A DNA stretch of 64,000 nucleotides. It comes from Styela clava (Eukaryota). Positions 26,850-37,140 of the stretch are shown in pieces. Position 1 is the first letter of the stretch; each line of letters begins with the position of its first letter. A program made the position numbers and the translations under genes. The stretch is from the NCBI RefSeq assembly GCF_964204865.1, contig NC_135253.1, forward strand, positions 16,988,001-17,052,000, in the 5' to 3' direction. Under the pieces are notes generated by a model that was not told the origin of the DNA, made no database searches, and was given only the letters and a program-made list of their open reading frames with translations.

Positions 26850-28598
26850 AACGCTTCATTGACAACCCATCATTTTTTTCATTGCTATCAATTCTTCCAC
26901 CGAACAAACCAGTTCACGTGGATGAGGTAGAGCGTCTGTATTTATTGGATAACTTCCAGAATGAAGTGAGACTGTGGAGAACTTCTTTAAGTTCCGACGT
27001 TAACGACGAATGTTTGGAGGGGCTTCTTCTGAGCGCTCGAGATTATCCAAGCGTGTACACCGCAATACAGATCGTTATGACGCTACCAGCAACCACCGTT
27101 GAGGCTGAGCGGTCTTTCTCCTGCATGAAACGGGTAAAGACATGGCTGCGCTCATCAATGACGTCCAATCGCCTTTCTGATTTGTGTGTGCTTCACTGTC
27201 ACTGTGAAATGGTCACCGAGGAGAAAAATTAATCGAGTTGTGTCGAGCATAGTTAGCGGGAAGCGGAGGATGGACTTTTAATCGGGGCGATGTATTTTAC
27301 TTATTCAAATTGCGTTGTTAATATTTGTTGTTTCAAATAAAAAATTGTTTATTAATGGATTTTGTATTCACAAAAATCCAGATGAGTAATTGAATCAGTT
27401 TGCTTGTTGACCAACTGTTGTTGTTTTGCGCTTGAAGAACGGGTGTTTTAAACCCAATATAATTTCTAAAATTTTCAAATTTGGCCCCCCCCAAAATTTT
27501 GGGCTGGCTACGCCACTGGTGCGCGGTAGGTTGTGGAACCTGTGGGTAAAAAATCCCGGGAGACGCAAGCCCGAAAATTTCGAGTCAGTAGATAAGATTT
27601 TCCGGTGTTATATATTGTACATGTTTGTATCTCAGTCTGCTTAATTTCATATATATAGTATGTCAATGATAATGTTTTAGATTAGACGTTCGCACGAAAA
27701 TGGACTTGAAGCAGGTATCGACTGGCGTCCGCGTCACTCCGGGTACCAGGTATCGTGACCTCGCCGAGTGATCCCCGAAAGGTTTTTAGAAGTTCAAATA
27801 TTTCCCTTGTCCAGTGCCGCAAATGCAATAGACTTTAATAATTCCATTTTATTCACGTACATGTTCGAATTTTTATAAACTAAAATTAGCGTCGGGTGAA
27901 TGACAAAAAAAAAACGAAATGCTGGACATGAAAACATTTAAAACGACCGATTGTGGACCTTCCGAAGGGAACTCTGTCAAAACGCTGCGGATGGACAGAT
28001 CATTAATCAGTCGCATCGATGATATTGATTTTTTTGCACCGGAAACATACATTTCAAGTCTGGTTATAACATCAAGAATGCCACGCTATTCCAATTGCAT
28101 CCAACGTAAACGATCTACCTCGGTTATTTATAACGATTGTATCTAGTGTTGGGATGCACAGAGTTCGCGCGAACCCGTTCTTGTCATGCTGTGATATTCA
28201 GCGAAAACGTTCTTTATGAATTATGATATATATATATGTTTAATAGTTGTGTATTAAATTTTCATAAGGCGTGTCACATGAATGTTGCTTGCGTAAAAAA
28301 TACGTAACTTTTCTGAGGGTAGCCTACGTATTTGTAGAGAGTTCGATACATAAGAGAACCCCCACTTCAAATTTTGAAAGCGATCACTGATTTTAACCCT
28401 ACGTATAGCCTACAAATCATTATAATATAATAGAAAGTTGGTTTAACCAGAGACAATGTCATGTAACATTTTTGTTGAACATACCTCACAATGAGGAGAT
28501 TTCACTCCATCATGTTCCGAATAAATTTAATTTTGATAGTGCTCATTTGAAACCTATAATTAAATAGAATAGAAGGGTACATTGCGCACGACGTTGGG

Positions 28599-28939
28599 TT
28601 TTTACTTATCGATATTGATCAGTAAGTAGGCCTATGTTGTTACTTATCGATCTTGTTACCTGTCGATCTTGATCGGTAAGTATGTTGATGGGTATTTGTC
28701 TGTTTGTCTGTTAGATGCACGCGATGTCTCACGAAAGCGAGGTTAAATCTGCTCCAAATTTTGCATGTGTATTCATCATATCTCGGACCAGAAGCCTATT
28801 GATTTTGGATGAATTATGTCGTATAATTAGCGAGTTATTAATTAATTAGTGATGGGACACGCGGTGTCACTATGGAATCATAAATCGAAACCGCAGTTTC
28901 GATCGATAAGTCTTCGGTCTCTGACCGATATTCTCGTTT
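28599..28939 (-). mobile_element. Helentron-associated (HINE/pearl-like) non-autonomous element
   Basis: On the minus strand: begins aaacgagaatatcggtcagagaccgaagACTTATCGATCG, has an (ACAG/ACAA) microsatellite core, and ends with short hairpins acttac/tcgatc..gatcgataagt in an A/T-run target. Confidence 0.55.
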
Positions 28940-29033
28940 CATCTTCATTGCGTATAAATATCGTTTTTGTTGGCAATTAAAGTAAAGTGATAACCTTGGT
29001 CACGCGAAATTTATGTTTTCATACTCAACTTAA

Positions 29034-29184
29034 AAACGAGAATATCGGTCGGAGACCGAAGACTTATTATATTTGGAGCAGATTCAACCTCGCCTTCTTG
29101 AGATATCGCGTTCATCTAACAAACATACAAACAGACATGCAGACAAATACCTATCAACATGTTATAATAAGATCGATAAGTTAT
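29034..29184 (+). mobile_element. Internally deleted second copy of the same element, in inverted (head-to-head) orientation
   Basis: aaacgagaatatcggtcggagaccgaagacttat...tttggagcagattcaacctcgc...gatcgataagt matches the reverse complement of 28599-28939. Confidence 0.7.
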
Positions 29185-29577
29185 ACCTAAACGTGCAGAT
29201 ATTTGCCAAGATGCTACGAAAATTAATGTTAAGAATCGCATGTTCATGCCACTTTTTATTATTATTGTGCAGCATGGTATCGTATTATCAAGTTTTTGCT
29301 CAAGCAGCGTTTTCCAACCGGGGAAAAAGAATCAGCCTAGGTGGGAATTTTATTATCATCTGCGTGGAAATAGTGAAATATTTTTCTTAAGTTTTACTAA
29401 TAGTAATATTATGGGTTAACTTAGCGGTATTTAATATTATTGAAATGGGTCAAAGTGTGTTATAGTCACTTTGGAATAGGTACGGTATGTATTTATGCGC
29501 CCATGTTGAGATAAACTATTCAAATTGCGCAAAAGTCAAAATGTGTGTGTGCCGGTAGCTGTAGTGTAGTCAAGTGC

Positions 29578-29817
29578 ATACTGTACTGCAGTACCGGTAC
29601 TGTACTGAGTATCACTGGCTACGGCTACGGGTTCATGTTGAGAGAAGACTAAAGAACTCTGAAATAGGCAAAGAGAAAAATATACGTACCTGTGTCCAAA
29701 AAAAAGCGTGGGAATGTGGTTTAGTGAGAAATAAGTACCGGTACCGGTATACTTGTTTTGGTACCGGTACGGTACCGGCATGTGTTTATGCGCGAACAAT
29801 TACCGGTACCGGTACCG
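29578..29817. repeat. Low-complexity array of TA-CCG/CGG/CCGG/CTG-TA units
   Basis: For example tactgtactgcagtaccggtactgta (~29579), taccggtaccggta (29736), taccggtacggtaccgg (29762), taccggtaccggtaccg (29801). Confidence 0.7.
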
Positions 29818-30344
29818 CACTGGTATGTAGCTCAGTAGCTGGGATGGGTTTATACTTTTAAGTTGCACAGAAATGTCAGCTATCTACGGTATGTCATGTC
29901 TGGGAGTTATGTCTGAATATGGATTACAGATTTATATTCATATAACATACGAATATGAACTGAATAATATATATTTATTTCTGTATATATTCTATTTTTT
30001 TGTATGGATTTTCTTATCTTGTCAAATATTTTTTGAACTTGATTTCTTGCAGTTTATTTGCCCTTCCATTTTCTGTGCACTGCAAATTGAAGCTGAATAT
30101 ACTAATGGGCTATATGCTACATTTCACTGATGTATATTACAGATTTACAGCATTAAGTATTTCAGTCCCTCGCAGTATTGTATATGGTATTCTCCAAAAT
30201 CTATAAAAAATAATTTTCTTAACTAAAATTGTTGAAATAAACAGGTACACAAAACTTTAGAATTTTGTTTACAACATTTATTTTTACACAAAATAACAAT
30301 ACATTTTATACTTCTAGAATAAGTAACATAATACAACTGCAATT

Positions 30345-31160
30345 ATGTCTTCAAATAGAACGAAGGTTTTGATAGCTATGGGAGCAGTTGGTGTTGGAGT
30401 TACTTTGGCTGCTGGTTATTTGTATTCAATACTACAACGTAAAAAACGCGATGAAGCGGATGAAGGAATTGGCGATGAGGATTCTATCATATCAGATTCT
30501 GATGAACCTCCTGTTGTTTTGCAAAACCTCACAACTCCTGTCACAATAGCTCCTAAAGAACAAAATGTGAATGAGTTTGAATTTCCGCCACATGATGTAG
30601 AAGATATTTCAGAAGAAGATGAAGAGGACGAATCTGATTCGCAGAAGAAAGTTTTGATTCTAGGACTTGATGGAGCGGGTAAAACAGCATTGATTGAAAC
30701 ATTAACAAAACATCAAAACAGAAACCCAAAAAAATATACACCAACAAATGGTTTTAATGTTGCACAATCTAAACATGGTGATTTTTACTTAAATCTGATG
30801 GAAGTTGGCGGTGGGGAAAGTTCTCGTCCATATTGGCCGAATTTTCTTCAAAAAACTGATTTATTGGTTTTTGTTGTTGATGGTAGTGATCAAAGTCGAC
30901 TTACTGAAGCAAAAGATGCGCTCTTCGAAATATTAAAAAGTGAAGAACTGAGGGAGATTCCTTGTCTTTTGCTTGCAAATAAACAGGATTTAAATGCTGC
31001 AGTTTCTTGCGACGATGTAATATCAGCTGAAGATCTCGCAAGTATGAGCACTAATAGACATTTAAAATTCACTCTTCTAGACTGTGTTTGTATACCTGAT
31101 AACGGAGAGACTGATTATGCTGAAACAATAAAAGAAGTGATAACAACTTTACTACAATGA
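30345..31160 (+). CDS. ARL10: ARF-like small GTPase of the ARL9/ARL10 type with N-terminal transmembrane anchor, 271 aa, single coding exon
   Basis: Hydrophobic N-terminus followed by RKKR, then an acidic linker. G1 GLDGAGKT, G2 PTNGFN, atypical G3 MEVGGG (E in place of D, as in ARL9/10), G4 NKQD. Acceptor cttctAG at 30316-30317. Confidence 0.75.
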   Translation: MSSNRTKVLIAMGAVGVGVTLAAGYLYSILQRKKRDEADEGIGDEDSIISDSDEPPVVLQNLTTPVTIAPKEQNVNEFEFPPHDVEDISEEDEEDESDSQKKVLILGLDGAGKTALIETLTKHQNRNPKKYTPTNGFNVAQSKHGDFYLNLMEVGGGESSRPYWPNFLQKTDLLVFVVDGSDQSRLTEAKDALFEILKSEELREIPCLLLANKQDLNAAVSCDDVISAEDLASMSTNRHLKFTLLDCVCIPDNGETDYAETIKEVITTLLQ

Positions 31161-32242
31161 TAGATTTATAGTACTGATATATGAATTATTATTGTGTACT
31201 TTTATTTAAAAAAAAAATTAAGGGGTTTTCAGTATCGAGAGTTTCTCTCCAACCCAAGTTGACTTGACCTTTATTCGTTTATTCATCTTTCTTGCAGTTA
31301 TCAGCTAACAATTCATCCTATTTGTTAGCATTAATGGGAGTATTCATATTTTGTCCTTGTGATTACGAAGTTCTCTAAAAACAATGCAATATATGTAAGA
31401 AAAATAATTTTTCTTATCAGCCTAGCCCCAGTTTTCTTTTAACATCCATTAAAATGTTTTCAATAGTGATTTATTGTTTATGTCAGGAAATGAGTTTCAA
31501 TTTATGGATAATTTCGAAGGTGATAATTTAGATTTTTTAGATGACTCAGTTTGTGCTGCAACTGGATCATAGGAGCCAAGCACTGTTTTGTTAACTCTCA
31601 ATTAACAAGTGCTGGTTTATTCGAGCATTACCAATGATTTCCTAGATTCATATGGCATGTATTTCAACTGACATAGAATAACTTTAGGCAGAAATGTAAT
31701 ATTGAGAATTTCACATTGCTAATCATACATTTTCACTGCCTCATCTAAGCCTTTTTGGATAAAAAGTTTTTCAATTTTTTTCTTGAGTAAAATTATTTGT
31801 TCTTTGGAGCATAGCAGTTATAAATGTGAATTTTTATTTTATTTTTTGCGATTACAGTTACATTGGTAAATTAATATTGGAGGAATACCATGTACTTGTC
31901 TTCATTGTTTCAAAGTTACTTTGATATTGTTATTTTTTTTATATTTTTTGGAGGTTTTTGAATTTGAAAATTATACACAGTAATCGGAGTCAGATATATA
32001 TTTTCATTAGTTGTCGAATTTCAATAAGACATGACATAATATGTACCTATGTATTATTTTGAGCAGCACAAATAAATTTTGCAAGGTTATTTTTTGTTTT
32101 ATAATTTCAGAAATGCAGTATAGTTACCAATGGATTTGATATGAAGGCCATTTTTTTTAAATACTATGCGAATAAGTTTTTAGAGAAAATATCTTGTGCA
32201 CATGGGTTGATTAATAGATACTGACAAAGATTGACTATAATT

Positions 32243-32970
32243 CAGTGGTTCTCAAACTTTTTGAAAAATTTTGCATACCGGTCCCCTTGCAATTTTTCTG
32301 ATGACTCTCGGTCCACTAAAGAAATGAAAGCAAATTGCAACGCAGTATATTAAGCATTCATCTATTGAATGACATTAAAACAGTTCAATAAGCTTGCTTG
32401 GCTTCCACTAGTTCTTCTACCTTGGGTTCTGTTTTGGATAACTCAACTCTCAAATCATGTCTCACGTCCATTCGGTTTCAACATTTTGTTTTAATAACGA
32501 GTACCGTAGAAAAAGCTGCCTCACTTTTGTAAGTTGTTGTAAATCGAATGGGCGTTTAAGGCCATCTTAGCGACATCGAGATAGGACGGTGGCACTGTGG
32601 TTTTTCTTTTCCTCCAGAACTTATTGTAGCAAAATCAAATTTCACATATGAATCCTTATATCTAAATTTATTTTTTATGGCAGGGGGGCATTTTTAAATT
32701 ACCACGAAAAATTTACAATCAGATGCACACGCCTTCCATGAACAATACGCTCTGAATTGCGGTACTTCCCATGTTCACCAAAGTTTGTTACAGTTATAAT
32801 GTCTTTTGTAAAGCGTGTCGTGCTTTGGAGAAATACTGTAAAAGCATGACATAAAAATTTTACTTCAAATCTAAGTGCTTCTGTGCCGAGGTTAAAGCTG
32901 CCTCGCGGTCCCCCCTGAAATCGCTTCTCGGACCCCTAGGCGACCGCGGACCCCAGTTTGAGAACCAATG
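32243..32970 (-). mobile_element. Buster/Charlie-type hAT deletion derivative
   Basis: TIRs CAGTGGTTCTCAAACT / AGTTTGAGAACCAATG; imperfect TSD ctataatt/ctatagat. Minus-strand remnant FTTTYKSEAAFSTVLVIKTK..NRMDVRHDLRVELSKTEPKVEELVEAKQAY. Confidence 0.8.
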
Positions 32971-33214
32971 CTATAGATAAACTTGCTGCAATTTAAGTCA
33001 ATGCAATCAGGAAAACTCACTCAAAATAATTACTATATTCTTGCTTTTCAGTTATCGTGATTCATCATTAACATGTTGCTCTTTACAATGTAATAATATA
33101 TCATTGGTGAATTAGTGAATTCTCACTGCTAATTTTTTTTTTCTGTAATTAACTTTTTTAGAAAATATCTAGATAGTTAGTTAAGTATTATTAGATTCTA
33201 TTGCTTTTATTTAA

Positions 33215-34045
33215 ATGGAAGGAGAGTCATCTGAAATGGGTGGAACTGCGTCAAAAGGATCAGTTCCAGAGTTGAAAATACTGGTATGGAATATACAAGG
33301 TTTACTCGATGAATTCCTAACTGAACGTTCAAAAGGAGTCGTTGGAATTGTTGAAGGAAACAAGCCTGCAGTGATAATGTTACAAGAAGTAATAGAATCA
33401 ACTTATTCTTATTTTAATAAGGCTTTGAGTTCAAACTACATGGGATATTCCCCCTATGATTTAAGACAAGGATGCTCTCATTATTTCACTGCAATATTCA
33501 TCAGAAAAAAACAAATAGGTTCTACATCAGCTACAGTTACTGTGTATCCTGATTCATTACTAGGAAGAGATTTGATGGTCGTAAACGACGATTATCATGG
33601 TTATAAAATGGCTTTTATAACATCTCATTTGGAAAGTATGCCCAAAAGAATGGCTGAAAGAAAGAAGCAGCTTGCTAGTCTATATCAGACTATGATATCA
33701 CAACCGGATAATCAAACAGTAATTTATGGAGGAGACACAAATCTTGAGGATGAAGAATTCAACTCGGTAGTCAAGGATGGAAAGTTTGATCTCGATAAAG
33801 TAGCTGATGTATGGAATCTCCTGGGATCACCAGATAGTACTAAATATACCTGGAACACGGAATTGAATGACAACACTAATGAAGAAGGCCGCCACAGATT
33901 GGACAGGATATTTTTAAGACAATGTGGAAAGGAGACAACGCAGTTCTTTAAACCCACTAGCATGAAGTTTGTTGGTATGGAAAGATTGCCAAGTGGAAGA
34001 TTCATATCTGATCACTGGGGTTTAATCGTGCAATTTGCACAATAA
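33215..34045 (+). CDS. TDP2: TDP2-like 5'-tyrosyl-DNA phosphodiesterase paralog A (EEP domain only, no UBA), 276 aa, intronless
   Basis: Motifs WNIQGL, LQEV, GRDL, SHLES, GDTNL, YTW, RLDRIF, SDHWG. Confidence 0.85.
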   Translation: MEGESSEMGGTASKGSVPELKILVWNIQGLLDEFLTERSKGVVGIVEGNKPAVIMLQEVIESTYSYFNKALSSNYMGYSPYDLRQGCSHYFTAIFIRKKQIGSTSATVTVYPDSLLGRDLMVVNDDYHGYKMAFITSHLESMPKRMAERKKQLASLYQTMISQPDNQTVIYGGDTNLEDEEFNSVVKDGKFDLDKVADVWNLLGSPDSTKYTWNTELNDNTNEEGRHRLDRIFLRQCGKETTQFFKPTSMKFVGMERLPSGRFISDHWGLIVQFAQ

Positions 34046-34889
34046 CTATAGTCAGCATATTGCCCTACAATATATTATTTTAGAAGTACAAATTTTCTTT
34101 GATAATAAAATCAGTTATCTTCAACTGGAGGTCGCCTGAACCCTTTTGGGGTTCATGAGCTCTGCATGCATAAGATGAAAAAAAAACTACTAACAAATGT
34201 GGCTTAGCTTTCTTTAAACAATTATTGGACACAACTCTATAAAACCAGACAGCACTGCAAAGCAGGATCTTGCCCATATGAACAAACATGTTTATCTGCA
34301 TCAAAAGACTATTCAGCATTTTATTGTATTTTCATAGGTTCATACCTTAAAAGTACGCTTCACACTGTTTGTACTTGAGTATATCATCTATGTACAGAGT
34401 TTCTGACATCACATCTTTTATCACCCTCCAAAGTCAAGGTCATTTCTGTGTGCAATTTTGATGAAAAAATATTGTTTCTAGTTGGACACATTACTTGTAC
34501 ATAACAGTATTGATTAATTTTATTTGAAGGGTTCTACAGCTTTTAAACAAATCCTTATCAAAATCCTTACTATTGCAATGGTTTGTAATTATAAAGTTAT
34601 TAGGAAATTCCTACTATTTATATATACACCACAAAGCTTCAATATTTATAATAAATTAAAATTTGAACTATTTTACTATGTCCCAATATCATGCTTTTTA
34701 GACTATATTTCATTTTTCATATATATATCAGCATGTTTGTTTTTTAATTCAATTGCCGTAAACTATGCCATTGTAAATTTATTCAATGCAATATTTTGTT
34801 TTAAGTTCAACTTTAACATATTTGTTCTATTTAATTCACTTTTGTAATATCAATGCAGGTGAATTGCTATAGCACTACTGCTTAAAAAC

Positions 34890-35864
34890 ATGGATGAGGC
34901 AATTGAGCAATTCCTAAGCATAACCAATACTGATTCAAGGGATATGGCTGAATATTATCTCAATGTCAGCAATGGAGATTTACAAATGGCATTGGGAATG
35001 GTTTATGAAGATGGTGGAGCTTCCAGCTCTAAGACAGAAGTCAAAAAATCTGATAATGATTGTGTTATTGTTGATGACTTAAAACCAAATATAACAGTTT
35101 TAGAGTGGAATATACAAGGTTTACTTGATGACTATTTACAAGAAAGAACAGTGGCGGTCGTGAATACTATTCGACAGTATTCTCCAACTGTGGTAATGCT
35201 ACAAGAAGTTATATTAGAGACATATCTATATATGAAAAGTGCATTAAAATCGACATATACTGGATTCTCGCCTTCAGAAATTAGTAGTCAATGTGGCCAA
35301 TATTTTACATGTATTTTCATAAATAAAAGTCTCTTCAAATCATGCACAGCAAAAGTTGTTTCATTCTCTGGATCAAGACAAGGAAGAGATATATTGATAG
35401 TTGAAGGTAAATGTCACAACCTTGATGTAGCAGTGTTGACGTCTCATCTGGAAAGTACTAAAACTGGCGAGCAAGAAAGAAAAAGACAGCTTGGTATATT
35501 GTATTCCACAATGATGCAATTTCCTTCTGTAAGCACTGTTATTTTTGGTGGTGACACCAATCTCAGAGATGCTGAGTTTACCTCTGTTGTTCACTCTGGT
35601 AAATTTGATGCTACATTGGTGAAAGATATATGGGAGATTCTTGGTTCTCCTCAAGATGTAAGATATTCATGGGATTTGCAAAATAATGACAATCAAGTTA
35701 AAGATGGAAAAGCAAGACTTCGATTTGCGAGAATGTATACTAGAGTTGAGACAAGCAAGCAACATTTCAAACCAACGGAGATGCGATTTGTTGGAATGAA
35801 GAGACTTTCATGTGGCATGTTTCCATCAGATCATTGGGGTATTTTGACCACATTTGCTGTATGA
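34890..35864 (+). CDS. TDP2: TDP2-like paralog B (UBA-like N-terminus + EEP domain), 324 aa, intronless
   Basis: N-terminal EQFLSITNTD..AEYYL...DLQMAL UBA-like domain. Motifs WNIQGL, LQEV, GRDI, SHLES, GDTNLR, YSWD, RFAR, PSDHWG. Confidence 0.88.
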   Translation: MDEAIEQFLSITNTDSRDMAEYYLNVSNGDLQMALGMVYEDGGASSSKTEVKKSDNDCVIVDDLKPNITVLEWNIQGLLDDYLQERTVAVVNTIRQYSPTVVMLQEVILETYLYMKSALKSTYTGFSPSEISSQCGQYFTCIFINKSLFKSCTAKVVSFSGSRQGRDILIVEGKCHNLDVAVLTSHLESTKTGEQERKRQLGILYSTMMQFPSVSTVIFGGDTNLRDAEFTSVVHSGKFDATLVKDIWEILGSPQDVRYSWDLQNNDNQVKDGKARLRFARMYTRVETSKQHFKPTEMRFVGMKRLSCGMFPSDHWGILTTFAV

Positions 35865-36622
35865 ATATACCTTTACCTTGAGGTCCATGCCATCAGCAAC
35901 TATGACTTTCAGTTTTTCTGATTGATGTGTATCAGTTTCCAGGGTTTCACATTCCATGACACATTCCCAATCATGATCTTTCGCCAATATGTTTACATTT
36001 TCTTTGGGTGTACTGCAATTAACTACGGTAGTTGAAATCGAAGTCAACATTCTTTATTTGGAAAATTGCATTTTGTCTTACTTTGGGATCATTATCAATA
36101 TCAACCATTGATTGAGCCATCAGGTGTTGTCAGGTCGGTTTTAGTATGTCATTATTTGAAAGCTTAAATTTAGGAACCTATATTGGATAGCTTAAAAACA
36201 GTGAATATGCTTTTGTGGAATGAGATCATAAGAACTGTACTTGTTTATTATTCTAGTTATTAAGACATAGTTTTTTACATCTGTCTTGTAATGATTCACC
36301 TCAGTTCATTACATGGATTTCATCCATGTTGAGGTTTTCACAATGTGTACCTTTGAGTCCTCACTTTCTAATAAACTACATTGTTGTCACCAAGGTTGTA
36401 CTTACTGGCAGTATGTTCATTCTACTCTGGTTTAGTTAAATTGATTTTATGCATCTACAGCAATGGTCCTTAAACTTTTTAAGCCACGCCCCCTTTTTAG
36501 AAATTTTCAAGTCTTGCGCCTCATCTCAAAAATAACTAGCTAACAATAAGCTACAAATAACAGATAGTAAGGCAAAAGTATGTTTTAATCAAAAAATAAT
36601 GATGTTATAATGTAATAATAAT

Positions 36623-37121
36623 GTTTTGTAACATCTTATTTTTCATTATGAATTCCTGGCAAGTTCGTTACATAATGTTTACCATTCTGCCAATGCAGAT
36701 TTTTTTCATAGTTTCTTTTACTATATGCCTAAAATGTCTTGAATTACATTTCGTTTTGTAACATCTTATTTTTCGTTATGAGTTCCTGGTAAGTTCATTT
36801 AATTTTGTTTAACATTCTGCCAAAGCAGATTTGTTTTATAGTTTTTTGTACTATATGCCTAAAATGTCTTGAATTACATTTCGTTTTGTAACATCCTATT
36901 TTCGAGTTCCTGTCAAGTTCCTATCATTTTGTTTACCATTCTGCCAAGCATATTTGTTTTAGAGTTTCTTGTACTATATGCCTAAAATGTCTTAAATCAC
37001 ATTTCGTTTTGTAACATCTTATTTTTCGAATTCCTGCCAAGTTCATTTAATTTTGTTTACCATTCTGCCAATGCAGATTTGTTTTATAGTTTCTTGTACT
37101 ATATGACTAAAATGTCTTGAA
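36623..37121 (+). repeat. Tandem repeat, ~123-130-bp unit x4, abutting the ETAA1-like start codon
   Basis: Units start at 36623, 36753, 36883 and 37006 (gttttgtaacatc...aaaatgtcttgaa). A hAT-MITE-like left end (caatggtccttaaacttttt) precedes them at ~36461. Confidence 0.9.
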
Positions 37122-37140
37122 AACGCTTGAAAAAACAATC

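Larger units (their letters stand above)
14550..27281 (+). pseudogene. hAT transposase split into four pieces (14550-14885; 18405-19467; 25594-25926; 26857-27281) with frameshifts near 14700 and 27228
   Basis: Pieces join in frame across the TSDs: ...RLKHGT|LRDTAF..., ...KKSSVI|YAVCLIG..., ...SIRER|FIDNPSF.... Motifs: N-terminal Zn finger (WLVY..LCKIC..HRDTNYH), IADES, GYDGA, HCASH, TRWS, and the AERSFS...LRSSMTSNRLSDL hAT dimerisation region. Confidence 0.93.
14277..27518 (+). mobile_element. hAT DNA transposon (Tip100/THAP12-ZMYM1-like transposase type), ~2.7 kb when its three nested insertions are removed
   Basis: TIRs CATAGGCGTAGCCAG (14277) and CTGGCTACGCCACTG (ends 27518). Perfect 8-bp TSD GTGCGCGG at 14269-14276 and 27519-27526. 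Subterminal poly-G/poly-C tracts; internal transposase. Confidence 0.95.

Noticed and set aside
27762-27786. GGATCACTCGGC (minus strand) matching the start of 5.8S rRNA
   Set aside because: Similarity stops after ~25 nt and there is no rDNA context.
35826-36120. Coding-looking minus-strand ORFs overlapping the TDP2-B 3' end
   Set aside because: Short frames with stops, no coherent splice model and no recognisable family.
36623-37121. Repeat arrays (also 3100, 5312, 13058, 59246) considered as CRISPR
   Set aside because: These are head-to-tail units without unique spacers, there are no cas genes, and the context is eukaryotic.
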